Shown here piece after piece: positions 38,155 through 48,791 of a DNA stretch of 64,000 bases. Position numbers and translations under genes: made by a program. This stretch comes from an uncultured Prevotellaceae bacterium (GTDB lineage Bacteria; Bacteroidota; Bacteroidia; Bacteroidales; Bacteroidaceae): NCBI GenBank assembly GCA_902801155.1, contig CADCHG010000003.1, positions 16,831 to 80,830 on the forward strand. Reading direction: 5' to 3'. Below the pieces are notes generated by a model. It ran no database searches. It was not told the DNA's origin and saw only the letters and a list, made by a program, of their open reading frames with translations. How positions within the stretch are numbered: position 1 is the first letter of the stretch; the number at the start of each line of letters is the position of its first letter.

Positions 38155-39216
38155 CTATTTTGAGAATTCCTTGATTCGCTGTTCGTCTGCGAGTTTGCAG
38201 ATAAGAAGACGTCCGTCCCTTTCTGCAACTATATATCCATCAAGTCCTTGGATTGCAACCTGTTTGGCACCTTCTACATTGACTATGCAGTTGCTTGACT
38301 CGAAGATCTTTACGTTTTGGCTGATGATGGCGTTGCCTTCATCGTCCTTCTTAGAGAGAGTCTGAAGTGAACCCCATGTGCCGAGATCGCTCCAACCGAA
38401 GTCTGCAGGGAATACGAATATTTCCTCAGCTTTCTCAAGAATGGCATAGTCAACGCTGATATTCTCGCACTCAGGATATTTCTCGTCAACAATCTTCTGT
38501 TCTTCAGGTGTTCCCATTACAGGGATAATCTCTTCAAATGTAGCGGCAATAAGTGGTTGGTACATACGGAATGCGTTTACGATAGTACGCACGTTCCAGA
38601 TGAAGATTCCTGCATTCCAGAAGTAGTAGTTATGTGAGATATACTCCTTGGCCGTCTCGAGATTTGGTTTCTCACGGAAAGAATCAACACGGAAGATTTC
38701 CTTGTTGCGCAGGCTTTGCTGAGCAAGATCTGCCTGAATATAACCATAGCCAGTCTCTGGGCGTGTTGGTTTCATTCCAAGTGTTATTATTGCATCAGTT
38801 TCACTTGCAAAATTGAGTGTGCTCAAGATGACGCGCTGGAACTCTGCTACGTTCATCACTATATGGTCACTTGGAGTAACGACTATGTTTGCGTTAGGAT
38901 CCTGTACCTTGATTCTCCAGCTTACGTATGCTATACATGGAGCTGTGTTTCTGCGGCATGGTTCACTAAGGATATTGCCACGAGGAATTTCTGGTAACTG
39001 CTCTGCTACTGTCTCTACGTATGCAGCATTTGTTACAACCCATACATTCTCTGCTGGGCATACACCCTTGAAACGATCATAGGTAAGTTGCATGAGAGAG
39101 CGTCCCACGCCAAGTACATCGATAAACTGCTTTGGCTTATCTTCGGTACTCATTGGCCAGAAGCGGCTTCCAACGCCACCTGCCATAATTACAAGATGAT
39201 TATGATTCTCAGCCAT
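38155..39216 (-). CDS. manC: Mannose-1-phosphate guanylyltransferase
   Basis: MAGGVGSRFWP.S...PKQF, EP.RRNTAP, PETGYGYI, FREKP, WSDLGTW. Confidence 0.95.
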   Translation of the reverse strand: MAENHNHLVIMAGGVGSRFWPMSTEDKPKQFIDVLGVGRSLMQLTYDRFKGVCPAENVWVVTNAAYVETVAEQLPEIPRGNILSEPCRRNTAPCIAYVSWRIKVQDPNANIVVTPSDHIVMNVAEFQRVILSTLNFASETDAIITLGMKPTRPETGYGYIQADLAQQSLRNKEIFRVDSFREKPNLETAKEYISHNYYFWNAGIFIWNVRTIVNAFRMYQPLIAATFEEIIPVMGTPEEQKIVDEKYPECENISVDYAILEKAEEIFVFPADFGWSDLGTWGSLQTLSKKDDEGNAIISQNVKIFESSNCIVNVEGAKQVAIQGLDGYIVAERDGRLLICKLADEQRIKEFSK

Positions 39217-39264
39217 AATGTTTCTAACAAGTTTTCCCTTTTTTATTTTCAATTTTCAATTCGT

Positions 39265-39705
39265 TCAATCCTCCATAAGGTGTTTCATGAAATCATCAAG
39301 ATCCTTTTCAAGATTTTCCATGAATGCTCCACCTATTATAATAGTGTCGTCTGTATCTGCAATGAACAGTTCATCGATATGTTCGCCTGTTTCTGTCTCA
39401 AGGACAAAACTATATGGCATTATTATGCCCATTGATGAACCGAAGCCGTCATTAAGTAATAACTGTCGGAGTGTCTTGGCTGCCTTTTGATAGAACTGCT
39501 TTTCATCCTCCTGATTGTCAATCCATTCGTCAACAACAATGCGAGTAATCTCTTGCTCGTCGTCGTCATATACCATGACGTCACCCGTTTCCTGATTGAT
39601 ACGGATGTGGATGTCTGTCATCACTGTAGGCTCTTCTGCCTGTGGAAATTTCTGCGACACCTTATTAAGCATTCGCGAAAGCTGTGACTGAATTTTTTCT
39701 GCCAT
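39265..39705 (-). CDS. Acidic hypothetical protein
   Basis: 146-aa ORF in line with its neighbours; no recognised motif. Confidence 0.75.
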   Translation of the reverse strand: MAEKIQSQLSRMLNKVSQKFPQAEEPTVMTDIHIRINQETGDVMVYDDDEQEITRIVVDEWIDNQEDEKQFYQKAAKTLRQLLLNDGFGSSMGIIMPYSFVLETETGEHIDELFIADTDDTIIIGGAFMENLEKDLDDFMKHLMED

Positions 39706-39745
39706 GACAATTTCTTTATACTTTCAACTTTATACTTTCAACTAT

Positions 39746-40459
39746 CTAACTAAAGTACTCATCCAACTGCTTGTTGGCAGCACCATCGCTATTATCTATG
39801 AAAGATAGAATTTTACCCTTTTCCATTAGTGCCACATGCGTAGAGATATCTACGGTATGGTTCAGGTTGTGACTTGATATCAAGAGCGTAGCACCTGTTT
39901 CCTCGTGATACTCCATAAGGAGTTTCTTTAGCTTGTTCTGACTTGATGGGTCAAGGAAGTTGAAAGGCTCATCAAGTATCACGATTTTTGGACGTGCAAG
40001 GAGTGCTGATACTATACCCACTTTCTGCCTGTTACCAGCAGAGAGATCTCTAATCAGTTTCCCTGCTCCTATTATCTCCTCCGTGAGGAATTCCGAATAT
40101 CGCTCTACGGTGGTCTTCACAGTCTCCTCAGGAATCTCATTTACCTTACCAACAAAGAGAAAGTACTCTTCTGGTGAAAGGAAGTCGATGAGGAATCCTT
40201 CGTTTACGTATGCTCCGACAAAGTGTTTCCATTCTTCGCACTTTGCAGGATTCAGGATTTCATCTTCTTCCGACTTACTCAACCCGATTTCTCCGTCTGT
40301 TGCTTTTATGAGGTCGAGAATGAGTCTGAAAAGGGTGGTCTTACCAGCACCATTGTTCCCGACGAGACCTAGGATGGTTCCATCGGGAATAATAAGTTCT
40401 GGAATATCTACGGCTCTTTGCTCTCCGTAGTCCTTTGTCAGATTTGTCGCTTTAATCAT
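39746..40459 (-). CDS. ABC transporter ATP-binding protein
   Basis: GNNGAGKTT, LSAGNRQK, ILDEP, SSH; start MIKAT just after the secA stop. Confidence 0.93.
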   Translation of the reverse strand: MIKATNLTKDYGEQRAVDIPELIIPDGTILGLVGNNGAGKTTLFRLILDLIKATDGEIGLSKSEEDEILNPAKCEEWKHFVGAYVNEGFLIDFLSPEEYFLFVGKVNEIPEETVKTTVERYSEFLTEEIIGAGKLIRDLSAGNRQKVGIVSALLARPKIVILDEPFNFLDPSSQNKLKKLLMEYHEETGATLLISSHNLNHTVDISTHVALMEKGKILSFIDNSDGAANKQLDEYFS

Positions 40460-40464
40460 GTAGA

Positions 40465-43400
40465 TTAGATGTTCTTTCCGTGACAGTTCTTGAACTTCAG
40501 GCCTGAGCCGCATGGACATGGATCATTTGGACGAGGCATCTTATCCTTTATAATAGGAGTGCGAGGCTGCTGCCTTGCTGAAGGATCGTTGTATTGTGGA
40601 CGCTCCTTGTCTTGTACTGGACTACCGTCGCCTTGAAGCTCGTCATGCTGTGTCGTCAGCTTTGGCTGTTCACGCTTTGGCTCCTCTGCAGGTGCCTGAT
40701 GCATCATATCCATTGGAACGTCAGGCTGCTGCTGATGAATGCGGGCACGTGTTAAGGTCATAGAGATGGTATCGTGCATCTCGTTGATCATGTTGTCCCA
40801 AAGCTTAACGCTCTCAAGTTTGAAGATGAGGAGAGGGTCCTTCTGCTCGTAGCTTGCATTCTGTACAGAGTGACGGAGCTCATCCAACTGACGGAGGTTC
40901 TCTTTCCAGTTATCGTCGATGGTGCGGAGCATAATCATCTTTTCGAATTGCTTGATGATGTCCTTGCCCTCAGACTTGTAGAGCTCCTGAAGGTCGAATG
41001 TCATATTGTAAATAAGACGACCGTCGGTAATAGGAATTGCGATGCGCTGGTATTCGTTACCGTGGTTCTCTGCAATGTCCTTAATAACAGGCCATGCCAT
41101 GTTATGAATACGCTCCGTACGGTTCTTGAACTCTGTCATTACTGCCTGGAATGCCTTTTCCTCCAACTGCTCCTTGCCTAATGTAGAGAATTCCTCTTCT
41201 GTGAATGGGATATCCATAGCAAACACTTTGAGGTACTGCTCCTTGCATCCGGCAAAGTCGTTGTTGTTCAATATAGAGGTTACACGATCCCAGAGCAGAT
41301 TCGTGATGTCCATTCCTATACGTTCTCCCATAAGGGCATGGCGACGGCGCTCATAGATGACGGTACGCTGCTTGTTCATAACGTCATCATATTCCAGCAG
41401 ACGCTTACGGATGCCGAAGTTGTTCTCCTCAACCTTCTTCTGAGCACGCTCGATACTCTTTGAGATAAGTGGGCTCTCAATTCTCTCGCCCTCCTCAAAG
41501 CCGAGACGGTCCATAACCTTTGCGATACGCTCAGAAGCGAACAGACGCATCAATTTGTCTTCGAGAGATACATAGAAAACAGAAGACCCCGGGTCTCCCT
41601 GACGACCGGCACGACCACGGAGCTGGCGGTCAACACGACGGCTCTCGTGACGCTCTGTACCGATAATTGCAAGACCTCCGGCAGCCTTTACCTCTGGAGT
41701 AAGCTTGATATCAGTACCACGTCCAGCCATGTTTGTAGCGATGGTTACTGCACCAAGACCGTTTACGGATCTACCTGCCTCGGCAACAATCAAAGACTCG
41801 CGCGCGTGTTCCTTAGCGTTAAGTACATTGTGAGGAATGTTCCTCATCTTCAGCATTCGGCTGATAAGTTCTGAAATCTCAACCGATGTAGTACCAACGA
41901 GAACTGGACGTCCTGCGTTTCTCATTGCCTCGATTTCCTCGATAACGGCTGTATATTTTTCGCGTGCTGTCTTATACACGCGGTCATCCATATCATTACG
42001 CAGAACCTTGCGGTTAGTCGGAATCTCCACAACGTCGAGTTTGTAGATATCCCAGAACTCACCAGCCTCCGTACTTGCCGTACCAGTCATACCTGCGAGT
42101 TTGTGGTACATACGGAAGTAGTTCTGCAATGTGATTGTTGCGTATGTCTGTGTAGCAGCCTCTACCTTTACGTGCTCCTTTGCCTCTACTGCCTGATGAA
42201 GCCCGTCACTCCAGCGACGGCCTTCCATGATACGACCAGTCTGCTCATCAACTATCTTTACCTGACCATCCATTACGACATACTGGTCGTCCTTGTTGAA
42301 CATTGAGTATGCCTTTAGAAGCTGCTGGATTGTGTGAACACGCTCTGACTGGATTGCATAGTGCTGGAAATACTCATCTTTCTTCATCAGTCTCTCCTCG
42401 TCTGACAGAGACTTGTCAGCTTCAAGAGCCGAGAGCTGTGCCGTGATGTTTGGAATCACGAAGAGTTCCTTATCGCCAATCTGACTTGACAGCCATTCTA
42501 CACCCTTGTCTGTGAGTTCTGCAGAGTTTGACTTTTCGTCGGCTACGAAGTACAGAGGCTTTACGCATTCAGGCATCCTACGGTTGTTGTTCTCCATGTA
42601 GTATTCCTCTGTCTTCAGCATACCAGACTTGATGCCTTCCTCTGAAAGGAACTTCAGCAATGGACGGTTCTTTGGAAGAGACTTGAATGAACGGTACAGG
42701 GCAAGGAAACCTTCATCGAGTTTTTCCTTGTTGTTCGTCTTCTGTCCCTCGGCAATGAGAGTCTTAGCGTCTGCGAGATATTGTGTGGCAAGCTTTCTCT
42801 GAACAGCAACGAGCTGCTCAACGAGAGGCTGGTACTCTTCAAACATCTGTACGTCGCCCTTTGGAATAGGACCAGAGATGATGAGTGGGGTACGGGCATC
42901 GTCAATAAGTACAGAGTCTACCTCATCCACGATGGCGAAGTTGTGACGACGCTGCACGAGATCCTCAGGCTGCATAGCCATGTTGTCGCGGAGGTAGTCG
43001 AAACCGAACTCGTTGTTTGTTCCGAATGTGATATCTGCCTGATAGGCTCTGCGACGAGCCTCTGAGTTTGGCTGATGTTTGTCAATGCAATCTACGGAAA
43101 GACCGTGGAACATATAGAGTGGCCCCATCCACTCGGAGTCACGCTTTGCAAGGTAGTCGTTCACAGTTACTACGTGAACGCCGTTGCCTGTAAGTGCGTT
43201 GAGGAATACCGGACATGTAGCTACCAGAGTCTTACCCTCACCTGTCGCCATCTCGGCAATCTTACCCTGATGAAGCACGATACCACCGAAGAGCTGCACG
43301 TCATAATGGATCATCTCCCACTTGAGGTCATTGCCTCCTGCTGTCCAATGGTTGTGATAGATAGCCTTGTCGCCGTCAATGGTAACAAAGTCCTTGCTTG

Positions 43401-43824
43401 GGTCTGCTGCAAGTTCGCGGTCGAAATCTGTTGCTGTTACGATTGTTTCCTCGTTCTCAGTAAAACGACGTGCTGTATCCTTTACGATGCTGAATACTAC
43501 TGGGAAGACTTCATCCAGAGCGACTTCGTATTTTTCGAGTACTTCCTTGTCGAGCTTGTCTATCTCTGCAAAGATGCTTTCGCGCTCATCGATAGGAGTA
43601 TCTTCAATTTTTGCCTTCAGTTCTTCGATCTGCTTCTTCAGGTCGTTTGCGGAATTCTGTACGTATGCCTGTATCTCCTTGGACTTTGCACGGAGCTCAT
43701 CGTTAGAGAGAGCCTGAATGGCAGGATATGCAGCCTTTACTTTCTCTACGAGTGGCTGTATCTTCTTTATGTCACGGCTTGCCTTATTGCCGAAAAATGC
43801 TGATAATATTGCGTTGAAATTCAT
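40465..43824 (-). CDS. secA: Preprotein translocase subunit SecA
   Basis: [41 protein letters not shown]-terminal SEC-C CPCGSG.KFKNCH. Confidence 0.99.
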   Translation of the reverse strand: MNFNAILSAFFGNKASRDIKKIQPLVEKVKAAYPAIQALSNDELRAKSKEIQAYVQNSANDLKKQIEELKAKIEDTPIDERESIFAEIDKLDKEVLEKYEVALDEVFPVVFSIVKDTARRFTENEETIVTATDFDRELAADPSKDFVTIDGDKAIYHNHWTAGGNDLKWEMIHYDVQLFGGIVLHQGKIAEMATGEGKTLVATCPVFLNALTGNGVHVVTVNDYLAKRDSEWMGPLYMFHGLSVDCIDKHQPNSEARRRAYQADITFGTNNEFGFDYLRDNMAMQPEDLVQRRHNFAIVDEVDSVLIDDARTPLIISGPIPKGDVQMFEEYQPLVEQLVAVQRKLATQYLADAKTLIAEGQKTNNKEKLDEGFLALYRSFKSLPKNRPLLKFLSEEGIKSGMLKTEEYYMENNNRRMPECVKPLYFVADEKSNSAELTDKGVEWLSSQIGDKELFVIPNITAQLSALEADKSLSDEERLMKKDEYFQHYAIQSERVHTIQQLLKAYSMFNKDDQYVVMDGQVKIVDEQTGRIMEGRRWSDGLHQAVEAKEHVKVEAATQTYATITLQNYFRMYHKLAGMTGTASTEAGEFWDIYKLDVVEIPTNRKVLRNDMDDRVYKTAREKYTAVIEEIEAMRNAGRPVLVGTTSVEISELISRMLKMRNIPHNVLNAKEHARESLIVAEAGRSVNGLGAVTIATNMAGRGTDIKLTPEVKAAGGLAIIGTERHESRRVDRQLRGRAGRQGDPGSSVFYVSLEDKLMRLFASERIAKVMDRLGFEEGERIESPLISKSIERAQKKVEENNFGIRKRLLEYDDVMNKQRTVIYERRRHALMGERIGMDITNLLWDRVTSILNNNDFAGCKEQYLKVFAMDIPFTEEEFSTLGKEQLEEKAFQAVMTEFKNRTERIHNMAWPVIKDIAENHGNEYQRIAIPITDGRLIYNMTFDLQELYKSEGKDIIKQFEKMIMLRTIDDNWKENLRQLDELRHSVQNASYEQKDPLLIFKLESVKLWDNMINEMHDTISMTLTRARIHQQQPDVPMDMMHQAPAEEPKREQPKLTTQHDELQGDGSPVQDKERPQYNDPSARQQPRTPIIKDKMPRPNDPCPCGSGLKFKNCHGKNI

Positions 43825-43970
43825 ATCTGGTTTGGGTGTATTCTATTTACCGAAACGGTAATTGACTGCAAAAATAATATTTTTTTTTCAAATATGCGAA
43901 TAAAACTGTGATTATTTGAGAAAACAGTATGTATTTATTACATAAACCTTTTTTTTAGGCTGAAAAAGAC

Positions 43971-45560
43971 CTAAAATAAAGGCAATGACTTGCAGCCGTT
44001 CGGGGCACGAATACGTAATGACTTTGATATGGTTGGCGCAATTCTGTCTGTGCTTACGACAGTCTCTACATGACTGGCTTTTACACCTGATCCGTAGAAG
44101 ATGATTGGGAATATTACTGCCGATGGGGTAGGGTTGAACTTCTCGCCCGTATTCTCATTGACGACTTGCCATCCTGGAGCAACCTCACAGATGATGTCTC
44201 CCGACAATGTTAGACTATATCCGTTCCTGATTTTCTGCAGGTTCTCGTTAGTTGAGGAGAGAATGTTCTCGGATGTCTGAACATCCCTTACTCCCTCACT
44301 CAGGAAAAGGAAGTCGCGAGAACGTTTAAGTATCTCAGAGAGACTTAGTTGCTGTTGCTCTATGAGTTTGTGATTGAGATAAATCTGATTGTGATAGACG
44401 GCGTCTACATATTGTCCCTTGCCATAGACGTTGGAAAGGTACATGTTGAGCAGATTTGAAGTGCGGTTGATGTAGAAAGTACCAGAAGGTATGCCATATT
44501 TGTCATAATCAACATCCTCTATTTCCGAGTAGCCTGTTGATGACAATACGAATAGCACCTGTCCCTTGCCAAGACGGCTCTCAAGTGTCTCTATTATGCG
44601 ATTTAGCTCATGGTCAAGGCGCATGTATGTATCTTGAAGTTCGGTTCTGTTGCTTGAGAGAACACTCTCCAAAGGCTTGCCTGCATAGTATTGTATGCAC
44701 AAAAGGTCTGTCACATCGTCAGTTCCGAGACCATTGTCCTTCTGGCACTTTAGAGCCATGAGTGATACTTCCTCATTGACAAGCGCACTTCGCTTGAAAT
44801 CAATGAATTTCCTCTCTCCCGTGAATGGGTGTGAAAATGATTTCTGCATTCCTTCTCCCATGAACAGGCTCAGTGTTTCTCCAAGACCGCTCAAAGGCGA
44901 CCATTTGAGGCTTTTCAGCTTGTCTGCAATAGGGAAGTTTGCGGTTACTCCCATAGCCCATTGATCGGCTGCAAGAGCGTATGCGCTGGTAGTTGTCCAA
45001 CGTCCTGTGTTATCGTCAATCCAGAGCGCGAGATTGCCTGCGTGACCTGCGCTTATAATTGCTGCATCGCGTTCAGGACCAATACTATACACCTTTGACA
45101 TCCCGTTGGTGAAGACCTTAAGTTCGTCGCCGATTGTTGTTGTCATCAGGTTCTTGGCAGAAACGGCATCACGACCTTGTCCTGCCTTGATGTTCTTGTC
45201 TTCCACACAGCCCGTTCTACGGAGAGACTTACGGTCTATCCATGAGTTACTTACAATACCATTGTAGTAAGGCGTTGCGCCGGAAACGATAGTGGCTGTA
45301 GCTGAAGAGCGGTCGGCAGGGAAATAGTCGTTTATGGCTTTCTCATAAACGAGCCCATCCCTCATAAGACGCTTGAAACCACCGTCACCATAGAATCGTT
45401 CGAATATCTGAAGGTAGTCGGAACGCAACTGGTCAATCGTGATGTTGACTACGAGCTTAGGCAGTCCGCTTTCCTTCATCTGGGCAGCAACCTCGTTGGT
45501 GCACATACTCGCTACGAGGAGCGCGGTCAGATATCTGTATATGTTTGATGAATTCTTCAT
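43971..45560 (-). CDS. Alkaline phosphatase superfamily (PafA-like) protein with a degenerate active site
   Basis: PKLVV.ITIDQLR.DY, GGFKRL, TTIGDELK, DRIAPTI; nucleophile and several metal ligands appear replaced. Confidence 0.8.
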   Translation of the reverse strand: MKNSSNIYRYLTALLVASMCTNEVAAQMKESGLPKLVVNITIDQLRSDYLQIFERFYGDGGFKRLMRDGLVYEKAINDYFPADRSSATATIVSGATPYYNGIVSNSWIDRKSLRRTGCVEDKNIKAGQGRDAVSAKNLMTTTIGDELKVFTNGMSKVYSIGPERDAAIISAGHAGNLALWIDDNTGRWTTTSAYALAADQWAMGVTANFPIADKLKSLKWSPLSGLGETLSLFMGEGMQKSFSHPFTGERKFIDFKRSALVNEEVSLMALKCQKDNGLGTDDVTDLLCIQYYAGKPLESVLSSNRTELQDTYMRLDHELNRIIETLESRLGKGQVLFVLSSTGYSEIEDVDYDKYGIPSGTFYINRTSNLLNMYLSNVYGKGQYVDAVYHNQIYLNHKLIEQQQLSLSEILKRSRDFLFLSEGVRDVQTSENILSSTNENLQKIRNGYSLTLSGDIICEVAPGWQVVNENTGEKFNPTPSAVIFPIIFYGSGVKASHVETVVSTDRIAPTISKSLRIRAPNGCKSLPLF

Positions 45561-45577
45561 TCTTTCAACTTTACACT

Positions 45578-46738
45578 TTATTCTTTAATCTTTAGTCTTT
45601 GACTCTTTATTCCACAAACAATCCTTACAAGCAAAGATGATGCCAAAATATTCATTCCTTCGGCATACGACTGAAAAATATTTCCGATGAAGAACAGAAT
45701 GACCATTGCAAGTGCCACATTCCAGCGATGCTTCCATTTCGTCCAAGGTGATATTAGGTAGAACCAAAGCGGGTTCAGAATAAGTAGCTGTAGATTGATC
45801 TGTACGAATGGATGGTGACTGAAAACCATTACAAGAGGCAACAAACCTGCAATTCCGCAAATGTAGAAAAGTATGACGTCAAACCAGCGACCAGAGGTCT
45901 TCTTGTATATTGTCCACACTACCGCCAATGCCAATATGACAATTGCGAACATTGTAGGTGTTAGCGGAAAATCAGGCATAGGTTCAAATTGAGGGTGCAC
46001 ATCTTTCAGAAGCCAGAAGGCACTATCAACAAGTGCCACTTGCTTTCCGTCGGCTCTCGTTATCAAAGCCGAGTCGAAGTCGGCTGCAAGGATTTCCGGA
46101 AGGAACTCCCTTTCTGAATGAACGGTGTTGCGATCGGCTCTTAGTCCGATAACAAGGTCATTGCCAGCCTTGCACCATTTGTATTTGTTTGTCTTCCAAT
46201 GAAGAAGGTCGCGGAACGTCTTTTCTCCTCTCTGCTGAAAAGTCTTAATGCAACTGGGCTTTCCGTCGATATTGGCGAGAATGATATCCCTTGCCCTTGT
46301 CGTACAGTTGTCGTAGATGTAGTTGTAGCGATAGACACGGTTCTCTGGACGATAGTTCTCGTCGAGGGCTTTCATAATGCGAGCCTTCTCTGTTTCCGTA
46401 AGGTTGAGCCTCTGCTGATAAACGGGACTTCCGTAGTATTCGTATTCACGAAGGAAGTAATCCGTCGGGACTATAGCCATTGTATAGTCGGTGAAGCCGA
46501 GGACGAACTTGGCAACAAAATTCGGCTGGGATGCATCGAATACTCCCCAGTTGATGGCAACATCCATATTTTGCTCCGTATCTACAACCCTTAACGCCGT
46601 GTGTCCATAGAGACTATAGATCTGGGCGTGCGGTTTGCAAGTCAGCAAACTTATTTCCGTCTTTGCGGACACTCTAATTGCAAAAAGTGTCAAAAAGACC
46701 ACGATTGTCGTGTAAAAATATACTATATTTCGTTTCAC
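45578..46738 (-). CDS. lnb: DUF4105-domain membrane protein, Lnb-like lipoprotein N-acyltransferase
   Basis: SLLTC.P...YSLYGHTALRV, NWGVFD, YRYNYIYDNCTTR (His/Cys), C-terminal TM bundle; GTG start. Confidence 0.75.
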   Translation of the reverse strand: MKRNIVYFYTTIVVFLTLFAIRVSAKTEISLLTCKPHAQIYSLYGHTALRVVDTEQNMDVAINWGVFDASQPNFVAKFVLGFTDYTMAIVPTDYFLREYEYYGSPVYQQRLNLTETEKARIMKALDENYRPENRVYRYNYIYDNCTTRARDIILANIDGKPSCIKTFQQRGEKTFRDLLHWKTNKYKWCKAGNDLVIGLRADRNTVHSEREFLPEILAADFDSALITRADGKQVALVDSAFWLLKDVHPQFEPMPDFPLTPTMFAIVILALAVVWTIYKKTSGRWFDVILFYICGIAGLLPLVMVFSHHPFVQINLQLLILNPLWFYLISPWTKWKHRWNVALAMVILFFIGNIFQSYAEGMNILASSLLVRIVCGIKSQRLKIKE

Positions 46739-46839
46739 GATGCAAAAATAACTTTAATTTATCACATTTCGTGCGATTATTTCATTTTTTTTCGATAATT
46801 TTGCACCCTGTAATCAAAAAACGGTCAAAAAACAGATAA

Positions 46840-48117
46840 ATGAAGAAAATATTTGCTGCAATGAGCATTGCTTTGCTCGCAACTCCGGCTTTGGCTCAGA
46901 GTGGAACAAACTCTCCATATTCTCAGTATGGAATTGGCGTGCTCTCAGATCAGGGTAACAGTTTCAATAGAGGAATGAATGGCGTTGGCTTAGGTCTCCG
47001 TCCACACAATCAGATAAACTATCTTAATCCAGCTTCATATTCGGCTGTTGACTCCCTTTCCTTTATCTTTGACGCAGGTTTTTCTCTTCAGATGACCAAC
47101 TTCAAGGAGGGCAAAGTGAGCAAGAATGCCAAGAATGCAAGCTTTGAATATGCTGTTGCCGGATTTCGTGCTGCTCCCAATCTTGGCGTGGCTTTTGGTA
47201 TCCTGCCTATATCAAATGTTGGATATCAGTTCTCAAATACCAGTATAGCATCGCTTGATGACGGAACCTCGACAGCCGTATCTTCCAAATATTCAGGCAC
47301 AGGAGGTCTCCATGAGGCGTTCGTAGGTTTGGGATGGTCTCCTGTCAAGGGCTTCTCATTCGGTCTCAATGGCGGTTATCTCTGGGGTGAAATGGAGCAT
47401 ATTATCGAGAACTCATATACTGACTCTTCAGCAAAGAGCCTGAAGAAAAAACGCAATTGCAGTATAGGTAGCTATAAGCTTGACTTCGGTGTTCAGTATC
47501 AGCAGAACCTGAATGACAAGGATGTCATTACCGTTGGTGCTACATATGGTCTGGGGCATAGTCTTAATGCCGATCCTACTTTGTCAATCATAAGTTCTGG
47601 TAGTGTTAGTGATACTACCGAGTTTGTTGCTCATGATGGTATTGACTTCCCTTCACAGATTGCAGCCGGAGTTTCTTATGCTCACGGTACGAAGTGGACC
47701 GTAGGACTTGACTATACCTTGCAGCAATGGGCAGAGGCAAAGTTCCCTGAGGAGCAAGGTAACTCTTATGTGTCAAAGAAAGGCTTGTTCATGGACAGTC
47801 ATAAGATAAATGCCGGCTTCGAGTATTGTCAGAATCCTGAGGGACGTAGCTTCATGTCTCGCATTCGTTATCGTCTGGGTGCAGGATATTCTACTCCTTA
47901 TATCAAGGTTGGCGGCAAGGATGGTCCGAGCCAGTTGTCTGTCAGCGCCGGTGTCGGTGTACCTATCGTGAATGCTTTCAACAACCGTTCCATGCTCAAC
48001 GTGAGTGCTCAGTGGGTTCGTAATGATGCAAGCGGTTTGATCAAGGAAAACAGTTTCCGCATCAATATCGGCTTTACCTTCAACGAACGTTGGTTTGCTA
48101 AGTGGAAGTTCGAGTAA
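46840..48117 (+). CDS. Outer-membrane beta-barrel protein (FadL/OmpP1-like)
   Basis: Signal peptide; TNSPYSQYGIG, NPASYS, C-terminal FNERWF; upstream of lptC. Confidence 0.75.
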   Translation: MKKIFAAMSIALLATPALAQSGTNSPYSQYGIGVLSDQGNSFNRGMNGVGLGLRPHNQINYLNPASYSAVDSLSFIFDAGFSLQMTNFKEGKVSKNAKNASFEYAVAGFRAAPNLGVAFGILPISNVGYQFSNTSIASLDDGTSTAVSSKYSGTGGLHEAFVGLGWSPVKGFSFGLNGGYLWGEMEHIIENSYTDSSAKSLKKKRNCSIGSYKLDFGVQYQQNLNDKDVITVGATYGLGHSLNADPTLSIISSGSVSDTTEFVAHDGIDFPSQIAAGVSYAHGTKWTVGLDYTLQQWAEAKFPEEQGNSYVSKKGLFMDSHKINAGFEYCQNPEGRSFMSRIRYRLGAGYSTPYIKVGGKDGPSQLSVSAGVGVPIVNAFNNRSMLNVSAQWVRNDASGLIKENSFRINIGFTFNERWFAKWKFE

Positions 48118-48118
48118 G

Positions 48119-48790
48119 ATGAAGATGACTATAGGCAATCCTAGCAGAGCGGTTCCATTGTGGTGCTTTTGCATCATGATGGTTCTCTCATTTATTGCCT
48201 GTAACAACCCGAAGGAGCATACGGCACCTGCTATCTATGCCCGTGACTCTGTTGCTATGATGACCAGCTATGGAGTTAATACGCTCATAAGCGATTCTGG
48301 TGTTATGAAATACCGCATCGTGACAGAACGTTGGGAGGTAAATGAGAATGTGAACCCTAAGCGTTGGATTTTCCGTAGGGGACTGTTCCTTGAGCAGTTT
48401 GATGAGAAATTCCATGTTGAGGCTTATATTCAGGCAGATACCGCCTATTGCTTCACGGAGCAGAATCTATGGCATCTTATTGGTAATGTTCGCGTGCGCA
48501 CGATAGACGGTCTTAAATATAGCTCTGAGGAACTGTATTGGGACCAAAACAGGCACGAGTTGTATTCTTATAAGTTCAGTCGTCTCGTAACCCCGGAACG
48601 TGAGATGCAAGGTTCGTATTTCAGAAGTGACGAGCAACTTCGTCGCTATTTCATCACCAATTCCAAGGGCTCGTTCCTGAAGAGCGATATGTTCAAGGAA
48701 GATACTACGACGCAGAAGGCTTCTACTGACACTTCAGCTGTTGTTCCTCCTAAGCGTGGAATGACAATGCCTCATAGAAAATTGAATTAA
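48119..48790 (+). CDS. lptC: LPS export periplasmic protein LptC-like
   Basis: TLISDSG..KYRI, F..GLFLEQFD, ADTAY, LW.L.GNV, SEELYWDQ. Confidence 0.8.
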   Translation: MKMTIGNPSRAVPLWCFCIMMVLSFIACNNPKEHTAPAIYARDSVAMMTSYGVNTLISDSGVMKYRIVTERWEVNENVNPKRWIFRRGLFLEQFDEKFHVEAYIQADTAYCFTEQNLWHLIGNVRVRTIDGLKYSSEELYWDQNRHELYSYKFSRLVTPEREMQGSYFRSDEQLRRYFITNSKGSFLKSDMFKEDTTTQKASTDTSAVVPPKRGMTMPHRKLN

Positions 48791-48791
48791 T

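Noticed and set aside
35779-39216. manC-gmd-fcl as a capsule or O-antigen locus
   Set aside because: No glycosyltransferase, flippase or UpxY gene nearby; embedded among housekeeping genes.
43075-43803. Long antisense ORFs (e.g. 43075..43803, 9312..9983, 23382..23933)
   Set aside because: Shadow frames of strongly codon-biased genes (secA, grpE/dnaJ, susC).
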